Below are positions 36,300 through 50,517 of a DNA stretch of 64,000 bases, piece by piece. The position numbers and the translations under genes are program-made. Under the pieces are notes generated by a model that was given only the letters and a program-made list of their open reading frames with translations, searched no databases and was not told the origin of the DNA. Position 1 is the stretch's first letter; each line of letters opens with the position of its first letter. The DNA is from Catajapyx aquilonaris (Eukaryota), in the NCBI GenBank assembly GCA_000934665.2, contig KZ538329.1:1-64000 (forward strand), given 5' to 3'.

Positions 36300-38457
36300 C
36301 TAATCGCCTTATTCTGTCTGTCCGCTTCTTTGTTCGTGTTGTCAGAGAGGGTGGGACCCACTTCAATGGAGGCTGGTTATAGCAACCTGGTGGGCTTTGT
36401 CCGCGCCGTGACTCATCACCAATGTGCATGTAGTACCACTTTCCCCCTGAGAGTGGCAGAAGTGTGCCTATACATTCGCCCAATGAATTTTCGCTCGCCC
36501 GCCGACCGACAATACATGTTCGGCGATAACTTTTTTCGACATCTTGTATACAGACTCATGTCTGCTTGTATTGCCATGACCTGACCTAGTGACGACACAA
36601 CCCAAGTAATCCTGCCTGAACTTGCAACACCCAACAGACGGATCCCAATCAGCCTGGCAGACACATGACTAGACACCCGGTGACTGATCCTTTACTTTCA
36701 AAAATATGTCACTCGTCCGGACCTCCCCATAAGCCACTAAGTACCGGCGTCAACACCGATAACACTTTAAACCAAACCCAGCATGAGATAGCCCCAGTCC
36801 GGTCCTCATTACACAATTGAAAAAAACAACAAGCAGCATATGGTCGAAATATCAAGCACCAGGTGCCGTCACATAGTCACTTCCTTATTACGCCGGACCT
36901 TTCAACAATAAGCTCATAACTCGAGCTGGCTGACACACCTCGCCTATATTGGAGGACCTGACACGCGTGACATGTACAGAGTTGATCAACTCCATACAGG
37001 ACAACTAGCCCTTTAAAAAAAAATTTTTGCCTGATAGCCAGTTTTGTCCACGCCTGCATTTCCACACTTGTTTACCAGCAGGACCCCATCGGAATGAGGC
37101 TGACAGGTCGCCCATAGTTTGCCCATATCTACCCTGCCAATCGTTTGCATGCAGAAAATGTGCAGTGTAATACAATAAGACAGAAACGTGCAATATGTCC
37201 AGGGTGTCACCCCAGAGGTAATTGGAGGACACAAAAAACAGCCGAAATTTTTTCGTAACTTCTGTCTAGGTACTTAAACCCAGTAATTACTGGCACATGC
37301 AACCAATTAAACACACACGTGCACTTCCCCCCATACCCTTTATATAAAAAAGTGCGTATACTCACCGACTCGTGTGCCGCACTTTTACATCGCAACACAC
37401 TCCACACACGCGTTCACTTTTTTTAAATCCCCACAGGTCACTACACTTCCGGGCCAACCTGCAAAGACACATTGTGGTTCACACACACGCTTCATAATAT
37501 AGATTAGGATTTAAAAGCTGATTCACACAATCACTTTTTTTCCAGTCATATCCCTACACCTTGGGGCTGTAAGCGTTTCAAAAAAAGCAGCTGTGCGAAC
37601 CATTGCGATAAGGAGCTTCTAAAGCTCAGTACATGCTTTTTTAAAAAGCAATTTCAAGAACAATCACACGTGTAGCTTCTAAAGCTCTTATGAGAATATG
37701 TTTTTTTTTTTAAACCATTACTTCAACTAGTACAATCTTTAGAAGCTTCGCCACACAGCAGCGTGTGATTGGGTCGAATTTTCGTCCCACTGCTAACTAT
37801 TAGCAGTACCATTTCCAACACTAAGTTAGCAGTAACTAGCAGTGGGACGAAAATTCCACCCGTTGTTATCAGATATCTCGTTCATATCAAATCTTTAGAA
37901 ATAAAACAACAATAACTTGATTTCCCGGCAAATTTGAACAATTGCGCGAAAACACGTGAATGCGGGGGAAAAAAGCATGAGGGCAAATTCACACAACAGC
38001 GTGTTATGAAAATCGAACGCGCGTTAATTTCCAATCGGTTGGTTAAAAAAAACGCAATCATTTTGACTTTCCGCCGAACTTTAAATTCGAGAAAAACGTG
38101 TGAATTCGGCAGAAAAAAATCGAGTGTGTGAACGATCTTCTAAAGCTATCATGATTTACTGTCAAATTTGGAAAAATTGTGTGAAAACGTATGAAATCGG
38201 GGGGGGGGGGGAAGCGAGTGTGTGAACGAGCTTCTAAAGTTACCCGGCAAATTTGGTAGAAAAAAAAAAAATCCTATAGAAAACTGCGCGAATTCGTTAA
38301 AATTACGCGAGTGTGTGAATGACCTAATGAACAGTTGATTTTCCGCCAAATTTTGTGAAAAAAATGTGCGAATGAGCTTCTAAAGCTTGATTTTCAGCCA
38401 AATTGAGTGAATGAGCTTTTCTAAAGCAATATTATGATTCACCCGCCAAATTTCAAA

Positions 38458-38612
38458 AAAAAAATGCGTCAAAATCGCTCGAAAAAATTGCGTCAAAATT
38501 GCTCGGAAAACAATTGCGCCAAAATTGCTCGAAAAAATTGCGTCAAAGTTGCTTGGAAAACAATTGCGTCAAAATTGCTCGAAAAAATTGCGTCAAAATT
38601 GCTCGAAAAAGA
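38458..38612. repeat. ~24-26-bp tandem repeat AAAATTGCGTCAAAATTGCTCGAA
   Basis: About six degenerate units are visible. Confidence 0.8.
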
Positions 38613-39410
38613 GCAAGTGTGTGAATGAGCTTGTAATGCTTTTTGATATGGGGTCCGTGTCTCACCTGACATGTGACAGTGTGCGGCAGGCAGGACCTCG
38701 TATCCCGACCTGGTCTCCTGAGCTGTCCGGACCTGACTGAAGGATCGCGAGTCTGTGCACTGGGAGGCAGAAGAGCTGGAGGTGGGAGGCGTGGGAATTG
38801 TGAGGGGGGAGGGCAATGTGGCGGGGAGTCGACAGGGTGGAAAAGGCTGGTGGTGGGGGAAGGGAGGGTAGGGAGGGGTATAGGGAGAGAGAGAGAGGCC
38901 CTTCCCGCCCAGCTGGCGATGAATCATGGCCCGTTGACTCCCTCGGCGCCGCTCTTGGCCTCCGCAACCTCTCTCCCAGCCGCCTGCTGGACCTTATCGA
39001 CGACCAAACCTTTTCCCCCTCCCCATCCCACCCATCCCACCCACCCGACAATGCCGACGGTGCTGACGCAGCGTCGACGACCTCCCCCTCTTTTTCCGAC
39101 CGAGTGAGGGAATGGAAGGAGGATACTCATCCCTAGAGAATAATCTCACTCACGTTGCTCTCCCTTTTTTTTTGGAGGAGGAGGAGGAGGAGGAGGAAGA
39201 GCCGGTGCTTTTGAAAGGGTGCTCCTGCGAATAACGTTTGTAAGTGCCGGGACTCATTTGCAGTTTTAGCTGCAGACCTGTATAAGAAGAGAGTGCACTG
39301 CCAAAAAGTGCACTCAAGTATTGCACTTTTTTATTATTATTATTTCGTTTTATTATGCCGGTCAGTTGTAGTCCGGAAGTGGGTTAGGTAGGTGGAACAA
39401 ATATACAAAC

Positions 39411-39558
39411 CAAGGGGGTAATCACTTCGGTACTCCGGTGTACACCTGGGAGTGGTACTCCCTGGTACTCCTCAGGCACCTCACTCTTTATTACTCCGTG
39501 GTACTCCTTGAATTTGGTACTCCAGTGTACACTTTTCAGTTGAGTGATTACCCCCTTG
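39411..39558. mobile_element. MITE with 8-bp TSD (P- or hAT-superfamily type)
   Basis: ATACAAAC|CAAGGGGGTAATCACT...AGTGATTACCCCCTTG|ATACAAAC, inserted in a Helitron-like repeat whose uninterrupted form lies at ~29243-29312. Confidence 0.85.
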
Positions 39559-39619
39559 ATACAAACATACGGTACGGATAAACTTTCCCATTTATACTAT
39601 GTGAGATTAGGTGCAGATT

Positions 39620-40235
39620 GTGAAAATAGTGCACGTTCTGTAAGAAAAGAGCGCCATACTCTTACAGCAAGTACGATACGCTCTTTTCTTACAGCAAGGG
39701 TACTCTTTTCTTACAGAATGTGCACTCTTTTTTTTACAGCAAGTGATCTCTAGTCGTACAGAAAGTGCACACTACTCTTACAGCACTGTAAGAGTAGAGT
39801 GCACTTTCTGTAAGAAAATAGTGCACTTGCTGTACGATTAGAGAGCACTTGCTGTACGAAAAAAAGAGTGCACGTTCTGTTAGAAAATAGTATACCCTTG
39901 CTGTAAGAAAAGAGCGCACTTGCTGTAAGAGTATGGAGCAGTTGCTGTAAGAAAATAATGCATTTTCTAAAAGAAAAGAGTGCACGTTCTGTAAGAGTAG
40001 AAGCACATTCTGTAAGAAAATGGTTACACTTTCTATATAAAAAAAAGGACGAGTGCACGTTCTGTAAGAAGAGTACACTTGCTGTAAGAAGAGTGCACGT
40101 TTTGTAAGAAAATAGTGCACTTTCTGTAAGAGTAGAGAGCACTTCCTGTAAGAGTAGAAAGCACGACTGTAAGTAGAGAGTGCACTTTTTTGCATCCGAC
40201 TACTCCGAGTCTCCGATGCAAAAAAAAAGTGCGCA
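39620..40235. repeat. Degenerate ~20-22-bp minisatellite (AGTGCAC.TTCTGTAAGAAAA) ending in a hairpin
   Basis: >20 units, a few inverted at ~39660-39785; terminal stem TGCACTTTTTTGCATC...GATGCAAAAAAAAAGTGCG. Confidence 0.8.
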
Positions 40236-40335
40236 ATTATTGCAGAATGGATTCAGCAAGTGCATGACGCGACATTGGACAATGATGATCAAAGGCTCTC
40301 AGTTAATTTGACAAGCTCTCGTCCCCCCCCCCCCC

Positions 40336-40591
40336 NNNNNNNNNNNNNNNNNNNNNNNNNNNNNNNNNNNNNNNNNNNNNNNNNNNNNNNNNNNNNNNNN
40401 NNNNNNNNNNNNNNNNNNNNNNNNNNNNNNNNNNNNNNNNNNNNNNNNNNNNNNNNNNNNNNNNNNNNNNNNNNNNNNNNNNNNNNNNNNNNNNNNNNNN
40501 NNNNNNNNNNNNNNNNNNNNNNNNNNNNNNNNNNNNNNNNNNNNNNNNNNNNNNNNNNNNNNNNNNNNNNNNNNNNNNNNNNNNNNNNNNN
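40336..40591. other. Assembly gap (256 N) flanked by poly-C
   Basis: Run of N. Confidence 1.
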
Positions 40592-43500
40592 TCCCCCCCC
40601 CCCCTCCTGATTCTGACATGGCCCAAGAGGGGAGTTGTATTCGGTTGCCAAATAACAGTGGCAAGGACCCTTCACACCTGTGGCACCTATCGATCTGCAG
40701 GAAACAAAAAGACGTTGCCACAATTTAAAATATACCATTTCTGGAGCCGTACTAGCAGTGAAACCGGTTGCCAAAATTTGGCATCGCTGCCCGACCCTCC
40801 CCAATTAGGACGCAGTACGATATGCCACTACAAGTTGGCGCATATAGAGAGGGGAGAGGTCGCCTAATCCCTCTTTTTTTTGAGAAGTTATGTTGTGGCT
40901 TTGTGGGTGATGCATCTGCACGTTGGTGATGAGTCACCGCGCGGACAAAGTCCACTAGGTGCTATAACAAGCACGTGTCTCGCCTGGCCGTTGAAATGTG
41001 TCCCAACCTCCGACCACTAGTGAGTGAACCTCTTGCCCTGTCATTATATTGAAAGGGTAAAATGATAATTATGGTAACTACATGCACCTAGGTGATGAGT
41101 CAACGCCTGTAGGGACAGAGCGAATTCTGAATATGATAATGCATATTTTTTTGCACATTATAATTGAGCGACCTTTCGTTGCCTGCAGTACAGATTTGCG
41201 CTTGTGCGACACTTTGCACATTCCCCGATGGGCAGTGTCCCCCCTTCCCCCATTTTTGCGGTGGAAGTAAAAGCGTGTAGTGTCCGTTGGAGCCTTTGGC
41301 AGCGGAATCGCCGCCATAAAGCCAACGAGGAGCTGCAGCCCTATGCAGTTGAGTGGGAATGAGGAAGAGGACTGGCCCAAAATGGGTGGATTGCAGGCTG
41401 GGGTGTGGCGCCGGCAACAAAAGCGAGGGCAATCTCAGGGGCGCACAAGACTGACCCCTTTTTGGTACAGACCAATTACCAGGGAGGAGACCACCTCCTC
41501 ACAACCCGCATAACGAAAAAAAAATCGCATCGGACATGTCCATTTCCACATTGACAATTAGGATAACTGCTAAACACTGCAAACACAACTCCCAAAATAG
41601 ACATGTGGTCCAATTAGTCTGCACCTGCTCTTCCGGCTTGACCCTGGAGTGACCCCATAGGTCAGCTCCAAAAGCCCTGGTTTCCGGACCCCCAATTTCT
41701 GCCCTAGGAAAAGTCGTAACCGCTTGAAATATGAGTCCTGGCGTCGAGTCTGATTAGAGAGAGCTGTTGTGTTGCCTGCTACAGACACACAGCTGGCATA
41801 TTGGTTACAACACACGTGGCTGCCCCCAAGGAGATACCCCCAACTATTACAACTCGGTGGGAGAGGGCGCAGAAAATAGCGGACAAGAATCCGGAGACAC
41901 GTGGTGCATGAGGGGGGGACATGTCTTGGACTCTTGCCCATCTTTACAAGAAGGAGGGGGGTGCTCACATATAGACTTTGCCACAGCACAGTGACGATTG
42001 TGAAGGAAAATGCAATTCGTCCATATTATAGTACTATGCATCTTATCGATTGGTGGAAGTCTGGTGGCTGCTGAGATGCAGCAGCATCCAACCGAGCGAA
42101 CCAGCCAGGGGTTGAAAAGTGAAGAAGAGGGGGGAGAGAGAGAGAGGGTGGGAATGGGTCTGATTAATGGAGATCCATTCACGGGTATAGTGCCCGGCCT
42201 ATAGGTTCCGTCAATGGCACACCAGCCTAATGACTTAATGTAGTGTGCAGACGCCTGCTCTTCACGGAGAGGGCAAGGGGAGAACAGGGACCTGTCTTGG
42301 CCATCACACCACTTTGTAACCGCAACTGTACAGGCCAACGAACGTTATTGTGGCTTTGCATTGATGGACTCATTCGGATGCGCTCTCTGAACTTCCCGCC
42401 ACTTCGTCTTATTGCAAGTGAAACACCAGCAGTACAGTGCTAGCGACATAGGCGGCAGAAAAGTGCATCGAAGTGATGAAGTGCGAGCCTTACGAGTAAG
42501 AAGTCATGCAAGGTATACCACTTCTTACTCGCAAGGCTCTCACTTGATCACTTCGATGTCCTTTTCTGCCGCCTCGGCAAATGTCGCTAGCAGTGGGACG
42601 GAATTAATGTCCAGCACTTATTGTACTCCTAGAAGACCCACGCAAACACGAAGAAACTTTCGAGTGCCTGCACAACTCTATAGGGGCATGGGATGCAAAA
42701 CGAGGTTCCGGACGGGGGGGTTTTCCCCCGGTCATGAAAAGCTGAGAGCAGAAGTGTTCCTCCGTCGGCGCCAGAGAGCCATCCAAAAGGCAATCTGGGC
42801 TCGGGTAGGCGACGATGGATGTGGCCCAGAGAAAAGAAGGACCCCCTCGCCTCGCACACCACAGCCAGCCTCCTCCTCCTCCAAAGAGTGAACTATCTCA
42901 CCGGCGCCACTTGGCCTCCCATCCGACGTCGTCTCTATCATTTTCATTTTCTCCGCCATTTTTTGATGGGCGTGTGTATGTGTGCGCGTGTGGGCAGGCC
43001 CCATTTGGCACATGTAGCCCGCCTGGCAGCCTGGGACAAGGCCTTTTGCATGGCGACGCTATGTCCAGGCAGCAGCAGAAAAGCAAAAGGGCGTCCTTCC
43101 TCCTCTGCCTTTCCTTTTTTTTCTTTCAACACCAATTACGGGGAGGCGCCGACTCGGGGCCGGACCACACCTTGGCCCCAGCTATATGCTGGGATTGGGA
43201 TGACAAGTGTGGCGGACAATGCACGTTGTCACCTGGGGATTTATAGGTGGCCTCCTACGGGGGGTCCCATTCCCATATAAATTCGTAGCCTATATTGTGC
43301 CGGACCTAACCGGACGACAATTCAGATCAGCGGGAGGTGATAAGGTATCTGATGGCCCCCATATAAATATTGATAAATAAGTGTGGTGGATATGAAAAAT
43401 CTGTTGTTTCTGATGTCCAATGTCGGCCTTCAGTTGACATACTTTTATCGCAATCGCATGTGTTTTACACCCAGACACGTATGTGATGTCAGAAGCCTTT

Positions 43501-44409
43501 CTAAGGATGTGCAATTGTGCAAGTATAACGACTCGTGTTTATTATTTACTCTGCACAATTCTCAAGTCTCAGCTATACTTGTTGTTCAGACGTGACATAA
43601 ACTATCACTGGGAACACTGCCAGTGATATCGTGTCATTCACACTAGCACGAGCAGCCGGCTATACAATCTTATACGAGATGGTGCACTGCGCGTTCACTC
43701 CAGCAACCAATTTAAACGGAATCAACAGCCATGACAGAATCAACAATTGCTGGAGTTGAACAATTTGTATCTTATACAAAAATTCTCTTGACGTCCTGCG
43801 CTATAGGAACTTCCAGGGACACAATTGGCAATTTCAGCACAATATGTTTCGTTTAATAAATCTGGCAGCAAAAGTCTCCTCCTCTCCCCTGCGAAAAATG
43901 AAATAACGTGTATAGAGCTAAAAAAAAATACATATAAAAAAAGAGGTGCCACGTTTCGGCCATATCAGACAAAAAGGGAGCTAGTTGGGTGGGGTGGTGG
44001 GTGGCCACCTCCCTCCCAAGATGACAAATGTTCTTCGCTGGAAGTCGGGCGAGAAGACGGCGCCGATCCAGATGTGAATGCAAGGGAAAGAAGGTTTTTG
44101 TGCAGAGAAGAAGTTAGGAGAGGGGGGGCCACCTCCCGACTCAGAAAAATCCTCACCACGTGTCTCTCTCTTTCTCTACCCCCAAAAACTTGCCAGCTGA
44201 GACAAGCGCCTTATTTGCTACATAAAAAGTGCGTGTGGCCCGTGCGTGTAATGGCCTGGTGACAATTTCTCGAATTCCACCCCCTGATGATTAAAAAAAG
44301 TCCGCGCAGCCTCCTCATAAGGAAGCTTTAGGAAAAAAATCGCATCGGGCCTGTCTATTATTCCCACCGCAAAAATTAGAGCAACTGCTCAAAATAACAT
44401 CTAGCGCAA

Positions 44410-45585
44410 ATCTAACCGCTACAAATAACAGCTCATGAATGTAACAGCGAATATAACTAATAGCATATAGCACAAATGTACAGCTGATACAATAGCCGCT
44501 AGAACAGATATAACTGCTACTATATAACAGCTAGTGCAAGTGCAACTGCTACAATAATTGCTAATACAAATGTAACTGCTACAATAATTGCTAATACAAA
44601 TGTAACTGCTACAATAAACGCTAGTACAAATGTAACTGCTAAATATAATGGTTAGTTTACTGTAACTTCTACAGTAACAGTTAGTTTAATTGTAACTCCT
44701 ACAGTAACAACTAGCATGAATTTAATTACTAAAAATAATAACAGCTACTACCAAGGTAACAGGTGCAATAACAGCTAGTAGACTACAAATATAGCTGCTG
44801 AAGATAACCGCTGGCACGAATGTAACTGCCAAAGATTACAGTAGTATAGCTCTTAAAATAACAGCTAGCACCAATGTATAGCTGCCAAAAGTAACAGCAG
44901 AAATGTAGCTCCTAAAATAACAGCTTAGAACTATCATGAATGTTACATCCATGATAGCTGTATGCTGTTATTTTAAGATATACCCATTCCTGCTAACTGG
45001 CCGGTACATTCAGAATGTACCGGCTAAAGGTACGGTAACAGCAGGAATGTAGAGTCTCCTAAAATAACAGCTTACAATGTAACTGCTACTGGTAACAGCT
45101 AATACAAGTAACTGCTACTGGTGACAGCTATTGTACAAATGTAACTGCTACTGATAACATCTAATACAAATAACTGCTACTGGTAACAGCTATAGTACAA
45201 ATGTAACTGCTACTGGTAACAGCTAATGCAAGTAACTGCTACTGGTAATAGCTATAGTACAAATGTAACTGCTACTGGTAACAGCTAATGCAAGTAACTG
45301 CTACTGGTAACAGCTATAGTACAAATGTAACTGCTACTGGTAACATCTAATACAAATAACTGCTACTGGTAACAGCTATAGTACAAATGTAACTGCTACT
45401 GGTAACATCCAATACAAATAACTGCTACTGGTAACAGCTATAGTACAAATGTAACTGCTACTGGTAACAGCTAATGCAAGTAACTGCTACTGGTAATAGC
45501 TATAGTACAAATGTAACTGCTACTGGTAACAGCTACTACAAGTAACTGCTAAAGTGACAGCTATAGTACAAATGTAACTGCTAAT
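44410..45585. repeat. Minisatellite; homogeneous ~62-bp dimer (29+33 bp) at 45078-45582, degenerate monomers upstream
   Basis: GTAACTGCTACTGGTAACAGCTAATACAA alternating with GTAACTGCTACTGGTAACAGCTATAGTACAAAT. Confidence 0.9.
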
Positions 45586-47719
45586 GCTGATTTGAAGTTT
45601 CTGCCCGCCCCCGATGGGGCTAACGGAAGTCAGAGTCGTCTAGAGATAGATGGATAGATGTTGGGTGTCAAGAGCTACCGAGGGGCGTCCGAATCAAAGA
45701 GGCGCCGGAGAGTCGGCCCAAGGCGCCGGGGCCAATGAATGATCGCTCACGATCCTTCCTTCCACACCTGAGGGTCTCTCTCCCCCCTTCCCTCCCTCAG
45801 CCGCCTCATCATTCACCCCGATCAGAGTTGCTCCACAGGTAGCGCCGCATACTATGCTCATTAAAGTGCCCCCTCACTTGCACACCCCGTAGCAGCAAAA
45901 AAAGGAGAAAGAAAGAAACAAGGCCCCCACTATACGATTGCTAATGGAATTGCGGGAGAGTTACATAACGTCTTCATGAGCTGTTCAGACGGGAGCGGAT
46001 CGGACTGAACCGGCCATGAATTCATATTATAGTAGACGCCTCCACTTGGAAGGAGTGACAAGTAGGGGAGACAACAATGCAGCGAGCGGGATGGTTAGGT
46101 CTTGGCGGTGTTTCTGGGAGGCGGCCAAGTTGGCGAGGCCATCAGGCAGGGGCAGCAGGGGGCAGGAAGGGGGCACAAGAGAGAGACAGGCCAAACAAGT
46201 AAAGTGCAGGCTCCTTTCCCCCCCTCAACCCCCTCTCCCCCTACTAGACTCTCTTCAACATCTGAGGAGTGGGGCGCCAGGATTTGCAGACACGCCTTTT
46301 ACACTTGCCAGCCGACGCCTAGCTAGCCAGGAGAGCTGTCTCTTGCCCTCTCTCCCCACCATATCTCTCAACACATACACCACAGGACGGGCACAGCCTC
46401 GCACTCGCATTACACACCTTTTCACCAGGCCCTGACAAGGACCAACCACTCTGTACATTCTACGACGTATCCATGAAAAAATGCGCTGTACGTAACTCGG
46501 AGCCACGTTGGTGTATCTGTATGGCTTTAGGGTGACCGCACTGCTCCTTTTATAATGGGGTCAGTTCCGACTTTTGTCTGGCGGGTCAAAAACGGCTGGA
46601 CCGGCGCCCAAATTTCACCGCGCGGCGCCTGAAGACCCGAGCCAATAAAGATATGCTGTCTGGAATGACACATGTTTATGCTCCACGTGCCCGGTTGGAT
46701 ACCGCAGTGTAAGGGATGAAAAAGGTAGGCTGGTTACGGGCTAACCAGGCGTTTCTAGCTTAGGGGCCAAAGCAAAAAGCCAGCACGAGAGAGAGAGAAA
46801 GGGCCCCCAGCAGCATGCTAGCTAGTAGAGAGGATCCTCCCGATTCCCAGTCACGCGCGCCTGGCGCCGCCAATGCTAATGACATCGTAAATATGACGCC
46901 CACGTGCGCGTAATGCTCACGTCCACTATCAGTGCCAACCACAGCGCCCCGTCACCGCAAAACCTTGCTCTTCCTCTTCACTAATGGCTTCATACGCTTC
47001 ACCTCACACAGCATGTCGCACGGAACCCTAACTAATACTCCGAGCACAAAATATAAGCAGCTTACAATAATTATATGCCTCCGCTGTAATTTATCAGTGA
47101 GGCAATAGCAGGTTGAAGGTGCCCCTGGTTCTGTGTGTTGCGACGACAATATTCAAATGAATGAAACATGACCCGGCACACTTAGCAATACATCCAGACG
47201 TTATCGGGCCCGACGTGATTTATCGATGACCTCTTTTTCCAAGATGTAAAGCTTGCAATTAGTCATTCGACAATATACAAGCTCGCTGAATTGCTTCATC
47301 CAACAAACTTTGATCAAATTAGACATTACGACCACCGTCACATGCAGTAGCTGCTAACCTCCAGGGGACTACATGCACACAAAAAATAGGTAGCAACCCC
47401 TCCTCCTCCTCCTCCTCTATAAAAAAAATAATTTGGTATGTGGTGCTGCCGGCGTCCTTGGACATCCCCCTCCGACGAGGACCCCATGCACCTGCCAGCA
47501 TACCACCAGAGAGTCAGGAGGAGGAGGAGGGAGGCCGGCAAGGCAGGCAACCAGTCCGCCTCTTCCGCCCAAAAATTACCCCTCTTCACAGTCCGGACAA
47601 CCTGCCGCTTGTTACCATCGCGGCCCCTCTCGCCCCACCTCCCACACCAACTCATCACACCTCCAACACCCTATTCAAAATATTCCAAAAATAATCGGGT
47701 TTCTCCGTCCATGTAGCTA

Positions 47720-48560
47720 ACAACAACAAATATAATAATAACCAATAAACAACAACTAATATATTAATAGCCAATAAACAACAACTAATATATTAATAGC
47801 CAATAAACAACAACTAATATATTAATAGCCAATAAACAACAACAAATATGGCAATCAATGCTGACTAATAACTACCATATAATAACGAGTAACCAATTAA
47901 ACTAATAATAACTGAATAACAACTCATTTCACTAATTACAACACAACAACCAACGATTACTAAAATTAATCATCCATAACTAATGTTAATACAAATCGAT
48001 ATAACGAATAGATAATCAACTAATATAATTACAACAATCAATAAATAATACCTAATAACAGCTGATAATATAACCAACTAATATTATTTTTATTTCACTT
48101 TCCCTGTGCACCTTCAGGTATGTAACAACTAATATATAGGTAATAACTAACAACCAAAAATTAATAAAATATTAACTGATAATTAATGAATGATAACTAT
48201 TATAATAATAACCCAATAACATTCTAACAAACAAATGTATAATCAAGCAACAACAACTGATATAATGATCAAACAATAACAACTAATATAATAATCAAAC
48301 AATAACTAATATAATAATCAAACAATAACAACTAATATAATAACCAAACAATAACAAATATAATAATGAAACACTAACAACTAATATAATAATCAAACAA
48401 TAACAACTAATATAATAACCAAACAATAACAAATATAATAATGAAACACTAACAACTAATATAATAATCAAACAATAACAACTAATATAATAATCAAACA
48501 ATAGCAACTAATAAAAGCTAACAAAATAACTAATAACAAATTAATATTATAATAACAGCT
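47720..48560. repeat. A/C/T-rich low-complexity tandem repeats (~26-30-bp units)
   Basis: AACAACAACTAATATATTAATAGCCAATA and ATAATAATCAAACAATAACAACTAAT units. Confidence 0.85.
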
Positions 48561-48579
48561 AATATAACGAATAACCAAC

Positions 48580-48772
48580 TACAGTTGACTCCGGATAAAA
48601 CAGCCTCGGCTATAACATATTCTCGGTTATAGCAGACTGGAACGGCTGTGGTCCTGCCATACACAGCCATATATGGATTGTGTATAATCTGGCTATACCA
48701 GACCTTGGTTATAATTATAACTTACTGATTTCCGCGGTCCCTTGAAACCTGTTTATAACCGGATTCTACTGC
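48580..48772. mobile_element. pogo/Tigger-like MITE
   Basis: TACAGTTGACTCCGGATAAAACAG...CTGTTATAACCGGATTCTACTGCA. Confidence 0.6.
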
Positions 48773-48809
48773 AATTATAATAACTAACAACCAGCAATAT
48801 TAATAATAA

Positions 48810-48810
<1 letters not shown>

Positions 48811-48877
<67 letters not shown>
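48811..48877. repeat. (TAA)n microsatellite
   Basis: About 22 perfect units. Confidence 0.95.
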
Positions 48878-50270
48878 TTTTTGTCCATATTCAACCCTAA
48901 TTTCGATCTTGTCCGTACATGTGTACAAAGAAACAGCCCGAGAGCCCTTCCGTTTTCTGGACAAAAAAAGAGGAGAAAGAAGTTAGCTCGTGCGAGACAT
49001 CGGAAATCGCACGACCGTAAAACCTAGCTCGTCTTTTTGCGGTCAGGGCGCGTGATTTCCAGTCCAGCCGGTAGATGGCACGTCTGAAGATGACAATTAA
49101 GCGTGTGCGCAGGACTGTATAGAAAGAAAAAAAGAAGCTAGGAGGTGGATGCAACACACGGTATTCCCCGCCTGTTTGTCGCCGATAATACACGCTCGCG
49201 GCTATTCACGCCGGAGAAAGGAAAACTCTCGCCCACTCATCGCCATACTGGCTAGCTTCTCTTCTTTTCTTTCTTTTTTCTTTTTCATCATGTTATTTTT
49301 CCTGTAGAGCCAACCGCCTGAACTGGTTGGAGCAGCTCCCTGATGACCCGACCCCGATGAACTGTTTGCGCAACACGGACAAGTCAACCGCCTCATTACC
49401 CATTCGGCGCTTCCAAGGTGAACACCGCGGCACAGGTGCAATGACAAACATCGCAAAAATAGGCTTGTAAATACACCCACGCAATCTATGTTCCGAGAGA
49501 GAGAGAGGCTGCGATGCTGTGGACCAGCAGCCAGAGAGGCGGCCGCCTGGCGCCAACGTCAACTGCTAAGTAATTGCTCGGCGGAATGTGCCAAGCTTCC
49601 AGAAATGTATGAGCAACATGCCGCAACATCGCAGCTGGTCAGCGGAGGTCACGGTTTTGTCAACATCGGGGCCTTTAGTAATCCTATCCCAATAGAGCTG
49701 GGGTGGGCCATACGGATGAGGGAGGGAGGGAGGGAGTTATGCAACATGCGAGGAGCAGGTGGGCTGGAGGGACCTTGACAGGTGCAAAGGAAGTGGGTCA
49801 TTGCATAGGACACACACACTCACAATATTCCTATAAGCGGCCAGGTGAGAAGAGGGCAGATCGAAGTGAGTCATATCTACTGGGCCCGCCTGCAAGTATA
49901 CACTTAGCAATGCTCTTCCCGGTTGCATGTGTCTTCCAATAACATCCCAGCAGCTGGCTTTACCATGTTTGGAGGGTTGACAGGCACTGTCAATAATTTA
50001 CCGCCGCTGCTGAAGTACCCTGATGAGTGCAAGGTGTCCCGTTTTTTTTCCCCCGGTCCCTTCCTGGCAAGTGGAGAAGGGTAATAATCGTAATGACAGG
50101 GCTGCGCTTTTCAGAAATTATTACACCTTCCTGTATTTTCAGAGAATTATTTGGCAATGATGGAACACCTTGCACCAGATGACGTCCAACAATTGCTCCA
50201 CATCCACCGACTCTAATCTCTATACTGTATACATAAAGCAGTTTGTACTTGTACAGTATACATGTAGGTA

Positions 50271-50392
50271 CTCAAATTGTTTTGGCCACTTTATCCTGGT
50301 CTTGAGGCAACCCTTCGCACACGCCTCACGTTGAGCAGGTGTGTGTGAAGGGTTGCTTCAAGACCAGGATAAAGTGGCCAAAACAATTTGAG
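50271..50392. mobile_element. Palindromic MITE, copy 1
   Basis: TTTTGGCCACTTTATCCTGGTCTTGA...TCAAGACCAGGATAAAGTGGCCAAAA; close copy at 54291-54430. Confidence 0.8.
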
Positions 50393-50517
50393 CCCCATAT
50401 ATAGTACGACACAGCTACCTAACCCACTTCTAGACTGCTGGGAGTCCTGAAACTTGGCACACCGATGTTGTACGTGCCGCTGATTGAGGGAGAAAAAGTC
50501 CGAAAACTGCACCATTT

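Noticed and set aside
39734..40195. 153-aa and 130-aa ORFs
   Set aside because: Translations of a minisatellite.
40260..40804. ORFs spanning 40.3-40.8 kb
   Set aside because: Artefacts of the N gap.
45078..45582. CRISPR-like array
   Set aside because: Pure tandem minisatellite without unique spacers.
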